From NCBI GenBank assembly GCA_963705305.1, contig OY970067.1, positions 3,584,001 through 3,648,000 of the forward strand: DNA of 64,000 nucleotides, read 5' to 3'. Below, piece by piece: positions 26,950 to 34,263 of this stretch; positions within the stretch are counted from its first letter, which is position 1, and the number at the start of each line of letters is the position of its first letter. The stretch comes from an uncultured Methylomirabilota bacterium. Lineage in GTDB: Bacteria; Methylomirabilota; Methylomirabilia; Methylomirabilales; 2-02-FULL-66-22. The notes below the pieces were generated by a model. It was not told the origin of the DNA. It worked only from the letters and a program-made list of their open reading frames with translations, and did no database searches. The position numbers and the translations under genes were made by a program.

Positions 26950-27921
26950 ATGAACCGCTTCGAGCTTGTGCGCGCCGGCAGCCTGACCGAGGCCCGCGCC
27001 CTGGCGGGCGAGAAGCCCGGCAGCCTCTTCAAGGCCGGGGGCATCGACCTCCTCGATCACCTGAAAGAGCACCTCCAGGAGCCGCCGCGCGTGGTGGACC
27101 TGAAGTCCATCCCGGGAATGAGCGGCATCGCCGCGGGGGCCGACGGCGGGCTGAGGGTCGGACCCCTGACCACGCTGGCGCAGGTGGCGGCCCATCCCGC
27201 CGCCGGCGCCGCCCACGGGGCCTTGGCCCAGGCCTGCGGCGACGCGGCGTCCCCCCAGATCCGGAACGTCGCCACCATCGGCGGGAACGTGCTCCAGCGG
27301 CCGCGCTGCTGGTATTACCGGCTGGAATCCTACCCGTGCCTGAAGAAAGGGGGCGACATCTGCTACGCGGTGGGGGGCGAGAACCGCTATCACAGCGTGT
27401 TCGGCGACGGGCCGGATTTTGCCCCGCATCCCTCCAACGCGGCCGTGGCGCTGGTGGCCCTGGACGCGTCGTTCGTCCTGGAAGGGGCGCAGGGGGGCCG
27501 CGTCGTCCCGGCGGGCCGCTTCTTCACCATGCCCGACGTGGACGTGACGCGGGAGAACGTCCGCGAGGCCGACGAGATCCTGACCGAGATCCGGCTGCCG
27601 GCCACCCCGGGGATGCGCTCGACGTATCAGCGCATCAGCGAGCGTGCGGCCTTCGACTGGCCGCTGGTGTCGATGGCGGCGGCCCTGCGGGTCGAGGGCG
27701 GGACCGTGCGGGAAGCCCGCATCGTCCTGGGGGCCGTGGCGCCGATCCCCTGGCGCGCCACGCCGGCCGAGCAGGCGCTGCTCGGCCGGCCCCTGGATGA
27801 GGCTGCCCTCGATGCGGCCGCCAAGGGAGCGGTGGCGGGCGCCCAGCCGATGTCGGAGAACGGGTACAAGCTGGACCTGCTGCAGACCCTGGTCTGCCGG
27901 ACCCTGGCTGCACTGGCGTGA
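26950..27921 (+). CDS. Xanthine oxidase family FAD-binding subunit with Fe-S insert (PaoB/YagS-like)
   Basis: AGGIDLL, ASPQIRNVATIGGN, QRPRCWYYR...CLKKGGDIC insert and LGAVAPIPW. Confidence 0.92.
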   Translation: MNRFELVRAGSLTEARALAGEKPGSLFKAGGIDLLDHLKEHLQEPPRVVDLKSIPGMSGIAAGADGGLRVGPLTTLAQVAAHPAAGAAHGALAQACGDAASPQIRNVATIGGNVLQRPRCWYYRLESYPCLKKGGDICYAVGGENRYHSVFGDGPDFAPHPSNAAVALVALDASFVLEGAQGGRVVPAGRFFTMPDVDVTRENVREADEILTEIRLPATPGMRSTYQRISERAAFDWPLVSMAAALRVEGGTVREARIVLGAVAPIPWRATPAEQALLGRPLDEAALDAAAKGAVAGAQPMSENGYKLDLLQTLVCRTLAALA

Positions 27922-27929
27922 GGCCGGCC

Positions 27930-28166
27930 ATGGATGAGGTCAATCGCGGCTCCATCTGCAAGCGGCTGCGGAGCAAGATGTACTACGTGGTGGGGCGGGA
28001 TCACCTGGACCTGGCGGAGTCGTCGGGGACGGCTCAGTACTGGTGCGCCCGGTCCGTGACGGTCCTGGGCCCTGACGACATTCTGTGCTGCCCCGAGATG
28101 TGCCGGCCGGGACGGGCCTGCTTCGAGGCGGAGGAGGATGTCGGCCCGACCTCTTTTTCCGCATGA
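27930..28166 (+). CDS. Small Cys-rich hypothetical protein at the end of the molybdoenzyme operon
   Basis: ATG 9 nt after the FAD-subunit stop, or GTGA-coupled at 27918. Sequence CKRLRSKMYY...YWCARS...GPDDILCCPEMCRPGRACF contains six Cys. Confidence 0.7.
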   Translation: MDEVNRGSICKRLRSKMYYVVGRDHLDLAESSGTAQYWCARSVTVLGPDDILCCPEMCRPGRACFEAEEDVGPTSFSA

Positions 28167-28249
28167 TCCCGGGCCGGCGCCCGCCCGGAGGGATCGCGCG
28201 GGGGAATGACGGAGAATGACGCCGTCCGGGCCGGAGGTGCCGCCGTCCT

Positions 28250-28537
28250 CTAGTGTCCCGTCCCAGAAGGTTGTGCGATAAGTTCGAAGCCCCCGTGGCC
28301 GCCCCTCCGAGCCCTGGGACCCGTCGAGTACCGCTCGGCCTGCACCCAGCCTACGGCCGGGTACCCGGGCGCCGCCGCCCTCGGAAGGGCGCGTCGCGCC
28401 GTGGGCTGGGGAGGGCTGCTGACGGCGCTCCACCCAGTGCCACGGCGTCCCGGAACCGGCCGAGCCGCGGGTCCGGGCTCTCGGACCGTCCCCGGGGGCT
28501 GTGAGTTATGATGCGAACCATTGGGACGGGACGCTAG
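28250..28537. mobile_element. MITE-like element A (288 bp) bounded by CTAG
   Basis: Terminal inverted repeats CTAGTGTCCCGTCCCA and TGGGACGGGACGCTAG; interior homologous to 41027-41313. Confidence 0.75.
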
Positions 28538-28690
28538 TGTAATGCGTCAAACGCTTTTTTACTCTTGCGAGGCCGTCATGCCGGCGAAAGCCGGCATCCA
28601 GGGTGCCACCTTCTGATTCATTTCACGGTCTGGACCCCGGCTTTCGCCGGGGTGACGAAACGTCAAGAGATTTCCGACGCACTACACTAG
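28534..28690. mobile_element. MITE-like element B (157 bp) sharing a CTAG with element A, carrying an inverted REP-like pair
   Basis: TIRs CTAGTGTAATGCGTC and GACGCACTACACTAG. Inner hairpins CGTCATGCCGGCGAAAGCCGGCATCCAG (28574-28601) and CTGGACCCCGGCTTTCGCCGGGGTGACG (28630-28657). Confidence 0.75.
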
Positions 28691-29301
28691 CAGGATGCTG
28701 AAAAATCCGCATCCAGGGCCTCGCGATACTGCTCCTGGGTGTCGAGGTCGGTGAGAATGCCCGGGTCGCCGCACTCGACGTCGCGGGCCTCGTCGGCGTG
28801 ACGGGCGAGGAGGGTGCGGAGTCCTCCGGGAGGCGCCTCGCGCAGGATCTCCGGGATGTAGGCCCGTCCGATAAGCGGGGGGTGGCCGCGCCGCCCCTCG
28901 GCGCACGGATGCAGGATCCCTTCCGGTTGCCGGTCCCACTCGGCGGCAAGGCGGGCCAGCGTGCCGCGCCGCACCAGCGGCATGTCTCCGGGGATGAGGA
29001 AGAAGGCCTCCACGCCGGCCGGTAGTGTGCCCACGCCCGCCTGAATCGAGCCGTACATCCCCTGGTCAAATCGGTCGTTCCGGACCCACGGCGCGCCGTG
29101 CCGCTCCAGCACGGGAACCAGCAGCTCCGACTGCCATCCGACGACGACGCGAAGGATCTCCACCCCCGCGCCGCGGACGGCGGCGATGACCCGCTCGATG
29201 ACGGTGCCGGAGCCGAAAGGGAGGAGGGGTTTGAAGGCCTCCATCCGGGTGGAGCAGCCCGCCGCCAGGACGACGGCGGCAAGATCGGGGCGAGCGGGCA
29301 C
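28687..29301 (-). CDS. mocA: Molybdenum cofactor cytidylyltransferase-like nucleotidyltransferase
   Basis: VLAAGCSTRM..FKPLL, GMYGSIQAG, PGDMP, GHPPL and DLDT motifs; adjacent to xdhC. Confidence 0.82.
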   Translation of the reverse strand: MPARPDLAAVVLAAGCSTRMEAFKPLLPFGSGTVIERVIAAVRGAGVEILRVVVGWQSELLVPVLERHGAPWVRNDRFDQGMYGSIQAGVGTLPAGVEAFFLIPGDMPLVRRGTLARLAAEWDRQPEGILHPCAEGRRGHPPLIGRAYIPEILREAPPGGLRTLLARHADEARDVECGDPGILTDLDTQEQYREALDADFSASC

Positions 29302-29304
29302 GCC

Positions 29305-30402
29305 TCAATCCTTCCCGCGTCGGGCGGCGCGGGCTGCAACGAGCTGGGCGGCGATGCTGATGGCGATCTCTTCGGGGGTCTCGGCGCCGATCGGCAGGCC
29401 GATGGGGCAGGCAACCCGCGCGAGGTCGTCCGGAGTGAACCCCTCGCCGGCCAGCCGGTCGAAGATGAGCTGCCGCTTCCGCCGGCTGCCGATCATCCCG
29501 ACATAACCCGGCCGGCGCCGCAGGGACTCTCGCAGGACCGCCTCGTCCCCGGTGTGGCCGCGGGTGGCGATGACCAGATAGCTGTCTTCGCCGATTGGGA
29601 GGCCTTGGAGGGCGCGCTCGGGAGACGCAGGAACGATCAGATCGCTGGACTGCGGGAAGCGATCGCGGGAGGCGAAGTCGGCCCGGTCGCCCACGACCAC
29701 GGTCCGGAATCCGAGGAGATGGCAGAGCGGGACGAGGCGGACCGCAATGTGGCCGCCGCCGAAGACGACCACGGTGATGGGCCGTGCGAGGGGCTCCACA
29801 AAGTAGCGGACGCCCCCGCGCTCGATCATGGAAGGGGCGGATGGAGCGGGGGAGCGGAGGAGATCCTCCGGCAGGGGGGCGGCGGACGCCGGCAGGGATG
29901 CCGCCGGCCGGCCGTCTGCGACCAGAAGGCGCTCGGTGCTCGCCGCGTCCCCGACCTGGCGGAGGCTCGTGGCCAGCCAAGCGCGCCCGCCGTGGGCAAT
30001 GCACGAGAGGATGGAGCCGAAGAACTCGCGGATGCCTGATGCGGAACCGTCGAGCGGCTCGACCAGCACCTCGACCTCGCCACCGCAGGTCATTCCGTCT
30101 TCCGCTGCATGTGTGAGGTCCATGGCGAAGGACCGACAGAGGGCGTGGCCGTCCTGCAGGGCCTCCCGGGCCCACACCGTGACGCGCGCCTCGAGCACGC
30201 CGCCGCCCACGGTCCCGACGGATCTCCCGCTTTCCCGGAAAAGCATCTTGGCGCCGGCCCGGCGCGGCCCCGATCCGGCCAGGCGAAGGATCGTACAAAG
30301 GGCCAGGCGCTCCCCCCCGGCCAGAAGGTCTTCCAGGCAGCCGTAGAAGGCCGCCGGATCCCCGACACTGTCTGGCAGCAGATTGGTCACATCGTCGCTC
30401 AT
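29305..30402 (-). CDS. xdhC: XdhC/CoxI family molybdenum cofactor chaperone
   Basis: GSGPRRAGAKM, GTVGGG, CGGEVEV, FGGGHIA, TRGH, GMIGSRRK and PIGLPIGAETPEEIAISI. Confidence 0.93.
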   Translation of the reverse strand: MSDDVTNLLPDSVGDPAAFYGCLEDLLAGGERLALCTILRLAGSGPRRAGAKMLFRESGRSVGTVGGGVLEARVTVWAREALQDGHALCRSFAMDLTHAAEDGMTCGGEVEVLVEPLDGSASGIREFFGSILSCIAHGGRAWLATSLRQVGDAASTERLLVADGRPAASLPASAAPLPEDLLRSPAPSAPSMIERGGVRYFVEPLARPITVVVFGGGHIAVRLVPLCHLLGFRTVVVGDRADFASRDRFPQSSDLIVPASPERALQGLPIGEDSYLVIATRGHTGDEAVLRESLRRRPGYVGMIGSRRKRQLIFDRLAGEGFTPDDLARVACPIGLPIGAETPEEIAISIAAQLVAARAARRGKD

Positions 30403-30617
30403 GCCGCTCCTCTCCCTCGGCGCCGCCCTGGCGATTTCTTTCGGGCGCGTGTCTTTACCTCCTTACCATATGTCCCCGTTCTGCGCACCTCCTTTTTCGT
30501 GAATCTCAAGGCAGACCTGGCAACGGATCGCGCTTCTGCGGAGGGCGGAGGGGGCAGGAGAGGAAGTCAACTTCGTCAAAGACGTCCCCCAACGTGGGGA
30601 TGGGGGGTGGAAACAAC

Positions 30618-30646
30618 AGCCCCCGTGGGGGCGACCACGGGGGCTG
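30618..30646 (-). terminator. Probable intrinsic terminator after PilY1 copy 1
   Basis: AGCCCCCGTGG-loop-CCACGGGGGCT stem followed on the minus strand by GTTGTTT. Confidence 0.55.
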
Positions 30647-30679
30647 GGAACGGAACCCGCAATTTCCGGCAACGGCAGG

Positions 30680-33600
30680 CTAGAAGACCTCGCGCCAGTA
30701 CTGGACGCGCCGCAGCGACGACGGCGCCGGGGCCGGGTTGTTGGGCATCTGCTGGTTGGTCGTGCCCACGACGACGGAGGTGCTTACGGTGACCCCCGAA
30801 GCGGTGAGCACGATGATCGGCTCGGACGGGATGCCGACCCCGACCTGCATTGACCGGGTCACGCTGGCGCTGGTGGAGGTCAGCGGCGCGGAGCTGTTGT
30901 TCCAGGCGAGGGCGGCGTAGCCCGTCGTCTCCTGGATCGCGTAGAGCAGGGCGTTTCCGCCGCCGCCCCCGCAGGTGGCGGTGGTCGTCGGTGTGAACGT
31001 GGTGAAGTACACGATGTAGTTGAAGACGTTGGCGGTCGAGATATCCTTTTCGCTCGACCCCGTGATGAGGAAGTACCAGCCGTAGGTGGGCGTCCCGTTG
31101 GTGGTGGTGACGTTCACCAGGTTCGCCTCGGTCAGGGGGCTCCCGTTGGTCATATCGGTCGCCTTGGCCATGTCCACCGGGTCGATGATGCCGTAGAACC
31201 GGTTGTCGACCGTGTTGGCGTAGTCCGGGTGGTCCCGGTCTCCCGTCCCGAAGTAGATCCAGGCGTTGTCCTGCGAGTCAAGGGCGGGGACGATGTCGTC
31301 CCAGATGGCCTGCGTGGGGTAGTACTCGCCGGCGGGCGGGGGATTCGCCTCGGAGCTGGCCGCCTGGAAGAAGCGCTTCCCCAGCCAGTTGGAGACCAGG
31401 CCGCTGGAGAGGGTCGTCCCGGTCGGGGTCCCCGACGAGTTTCGCCCCACCACGTCGAACTTCCACACCTGCCCGCCGATGTCGCCGATGTACAGCCGGT
31501 CGATGAACCCATTGTTGTTGTAGTCGACGGCGGTGACATCCGCGGGGATGCTGAAGTTCATGTACTGCCGGTCGTCGGTGGAACCGCTGGCGTTGTGATA
31601 CTCCCAGATTTTGCTGCCGGTGGCGATGTCGACGGCGAAGACGGCCTTGCCGAGGGTGTTGTCATGCCCCTCGTCGTAGCCGCCCCCGAAGAAGGCGACG
31701 TACTTGGTGGTTCCGTCGGACATCTGGATGGGGCCGATGCGCGGTGTGGAGTACGTCTCCCCCAGGTCGGGGTCGGTGAAGCTCCAGAGCAGCGTGGGGG
31801 CCGAGCCGGTGTTGGTGATGTCCAGGGCGGTGTAGTACATCCCGCCCCGGCGCTCACCGACGATCACGATAGTCCGCCACTTGGGCCCCGAGTCCGTGAC
31901 ATAGGCGCTCTGCATCTGGACCTTGACATCGGCGACGGTCGGGCTCCCGTCCACGAACCAGGGGTGTTGGCCCCCGATGACGGTCAGCGCTAGGAGGTCC
32001 GAGAGCAGGTCCGGGGGGATGAAGGCCCACAGCTCCGTGCCGTCGCTCACCCGGAAAGCGTGGAGCATCCCGTCATCCGCGCCGGCGAGCAGGATGGTGG
32101 TCCGGCCGGCGTTCGCATTGGCGAAGGCGGTGTAGGTGCTGTCCGTCGAGGCCATGAACGGCGGGGGGACCAGGACGGGGGTGGAGTGGCAGATGTCGCC
32201 CAGGATGTAGGGGCGCGCCACGCCGGTGCCGTTCTGGAACCAGTTATAGGCGTCATACCCCAGGATGAAGTTGATGAGGTTGTTCCGGTCGGTCAGGGCG
32301 GTGAGGCTCAGCGTGGCCGGGGGCAGCGTGGTGGTGCTGAGGCTGGTGGTGAATTGGGTCAGGCTGCCGCCGGTCCCGCCCAGGTACGTGTAGATGTTCC
32401 GGTTCGCCGGGCCCAGCTGCAAGAGCTTCGCCCCGGCCTCCCAGGCCAGGGCCGACCCCGCGCACCCGTTCCCGGCGGCGACGCAGGGCACCCCGTTGTT
32501 GTCCACCGGGACGAGCCCCGCGCTGTTCAGATTGTATGCCTTGAGGTATCCCTCCCAGAAGGGGAGGGACAGGTTGGTCTGGAACGCGGCCATGAAGGCC
32601 ATGTTGGTGCTGGTCGTCTGGGTCGAGGGGAGGACCGGCGTGGCGAAGGTGAACGTCGCGACCATGATCTGGGAGATGGCGGCCTCGAGGGCGGTCGAGA
32701 GGGTGGTCGCATTCACGGTGGAGTAGAAGGTGCCCCCCCCGTTGGTGGCCGCATTCTGGAGGACGGTGTTCGCCGCCGTCACGTTGTTCGGCTCCGAGAC
32801 GCCGATGGCGAAGCCGACGGTGTCCACGATGATCTGCTGCGGGGACGTATGGACGACCGTCGCCTCGGTCTGGACGTCTACGTTGCCGTTCTGGAGGCCG
32901 TCGGTCTCGAGGATGACGAAGTTGGGCTGGCAGGTGTACTGGATGGGGCTCGTCGCGTACTTCCCGAAGTAGTCCCCCTTGCCCGCGTAGTAGTTCCCGG
33001 CATCCCGGAGCATCTCCCCAAGGGGGGTATATCCTGTCGGCGCGAGGCTATTGATGGCGGCGACCAGGGTCGCCGTGCTGCTGCCGATGGGGGCGAGGAT
33101 CTGGCCGCCCCCTGCGTTCGAACACGGGTTGTTCGAGGTGCCGAGCTTGCCCTGACAGCCGTCGCCGTTGCTGGGATACGCAAAGGTCATGAGGCCGAAC
33201 CGGACTCCCGTCACGCTCGACACCAGATTGGTGAGCACCTGCTGCATCACGCTGATCTTCGTCACGAGTGTCGAGCCGGGGGTGGCCAGCCAGTTCAGGT
33301 AGTTCCCCAGGTAGAGGTTGAGGCTGCTGCCCCCGATCGTCCCGGACCAGTAGCCGGCCGACGACAGGGCGCTCTGGGCGCTCGAGCTGTTGACGCTGGA
33401 AATGCTGGTGGTGTAGACACTGTAGGTGGTGGTTGTCTTTCCATGGCTGGTAGTGGTCACCTGCTTGTACACCGTGGTGGAGACGCAGGCGGGGCTGCAC
33501 GTGCTGGCCGAGGCGTAGGTCGTCGTGGCATAGTAGGGGTCCGCGTAGATCTGGTCGCCCATGCTCCCCGAGTCGTCCATGGCCAGCAGCACGTTGGGCT

Positions 33601-33703
33601 GCACGTTCGACCCGAAGATGTCGGTGTCGTCGGCCCAGAGCTGCGGGGGGGAGAGAAGAGGGACGAGCAGCAAACTCACGGCGAGCGCCAGGATCCTTTT
33701 CAT
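30680..33703 (-). CDS. pilY1: PilY1/PilC-like type IV pilus adhesin (vWA plus beta-propeller), copy 1
   Basis: Signal peptide MKRILALAVS (alternative start 33739); MIDAS DDSGSM...TPLGE...ETDG; LGDICHSTP, GADDGMLHAF, GTELWAFIP, YTALDIT, LGETYSTP; Ca loop DYNNNGFID; C-terminal YWREVF. Confidence 0.88.
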   Translation of the reverse strand: MKRILALAVSLLLVPLLSPPQLWADDTDIFGSNVQPNVLLAMDDSGSMGDQIYADPYYATTTYASASTCSPACVSTTVYKQVTTTSHGKTTTTYSVYTTSISSVNSSSAQSALSSAGYWSGTIGGSSLNLYLGNYLNWLATPGSTLVTKISVMQQVLTNLVSSVTGVRFGLMTFAYPSNGDGCQGKLGTSNNPCSNAGGGQILAPIGSSTATLVAAINSLAPTGYTPLGEMLRDAGNYYAGKGDYFGKYATSPIQYTCQPNFVILETDGLQNGNVDVQTEATVVHTSPQQIIVDTVGFAIGVSEPNNVTAANTVLQNAATNGGGTFYSTVNATTLSTALEAAISQIMVATFTFATPVLPSTQTTSTNMAFMAAFQTNLSLPFWEGYLKAYNLNSAGLVPVDNNGVPCVAAGNGCAGSALAWEAGAKLLQLGPANRNIYTYLGGTGGSLTQFTTSLSTTTLPPATLSLTALTDRNNLINFILGYDAYNWFQNGTGVARPYILGDICHSTPVLVPPPFMASTDSTYTAFANANAGRTTILLAGADDGMLHAFRVSDGTELWAFIPPDLLSDLLALTVIGGQHPWFVDGSPTVADVKVQMQSAYVTDSGPKWRTIVIVGERRGGMYYTALDITNTGSAPTLLWSFTDPDLGETYSTPRIGPIQMSDGTTKYVAFFGGGYDEGHDNTLGKAVFAVDIATGSKIWEYHNASGSTDDRQYMNFSIPADVTAVDYNNNGFIDRLYIGDIGGQVWKFDVVGRNSSGTPTGTTLSSGLVSNWLGKRFFQAASSEANPPPAGEYYPTQAIWDDIVPALDSQDNAWIYFGTGDRDHPDYANTVDNRFYGIIDPVDMAKATDMTNGSPLTEANLVNVTTTNGTPTYGWYFLITGSSEKDISTANVFNYIVYFTTFTPTTTATCGGGGGNALLYAIQETTGYAALAWNNSSAPLTSTSASVTRSMQVGVGIPSEPIIVLTASGVTVSTSVVVGTTNQQMPNNPAPAPSSLRRVQYWREVF

Positions 33704-33902
33704 GGCATGCCTCATTGTGACGCGGGGCTGCAGGTCCATTCGCTCTTCAAAGTCCCGCCCAGTGTTCCTGGCCCCATTCAGGATGAATGGCGTCCTGGCG
33801 GGGGGAGCGCAGAGACCATCCACCTTCCCCCGAGAGTGGTGGACAGTGTACACCACGGGCACCCAAGGAGCAACTTGCTCTGTGCCCTCTAGCAGGGTGA
33901 AT

Positions 33903-33919
33903 AGCAAACGAGATGCCAA
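33903..33919 (-). promoter_or_regulatory. sigma54 promoter of PilY1 copy 1
   Basis: Minus strand reads TTGGCATCTCGTTTGCT, a near-consensus -24/-12 element that recurs upstream of copy 2. Confidence 0.8.
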
Positions 33920-34263
33920 GGAATTAGATGGCGAAAGCGGAGAGTCCTCCGGATTGTCCGGGGCTGTTGCGAGGCGTCAAGCCGGCAGGCTGACGTGTGT
34001 GTTTTCCAACAGATAGCCAATTCGGACTGCCAAGATCCTGTAGTCTTCCGGGATAAAGAACACACCCCGCCGACCGGATCAGCCCCTTACCACCTGGGGC
34101 TTTTGTCACGGCGGATCTGCCAAAAAGGCTGCCCGGGACGAATCGGAAAACGATTGCGGCCAGGAAAGCCAAAGCAAGGCAGAGCCGCGCATGGCTTGGG
34201 GCACAGGGCAGGCGAAAGCCCGGGGCTGTTGACGACAGGAATCGGGCCCTCTTCAACCTCCTC

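Noticed and set aside
34180..34235. GCACAGGGCAGGCGAAAGCC resembling the start of a c-di-GMP-I riboswitch
   Set aside because: It lacks the GCAAA elements and second stem, and it is antisense to the neighbouring genes.
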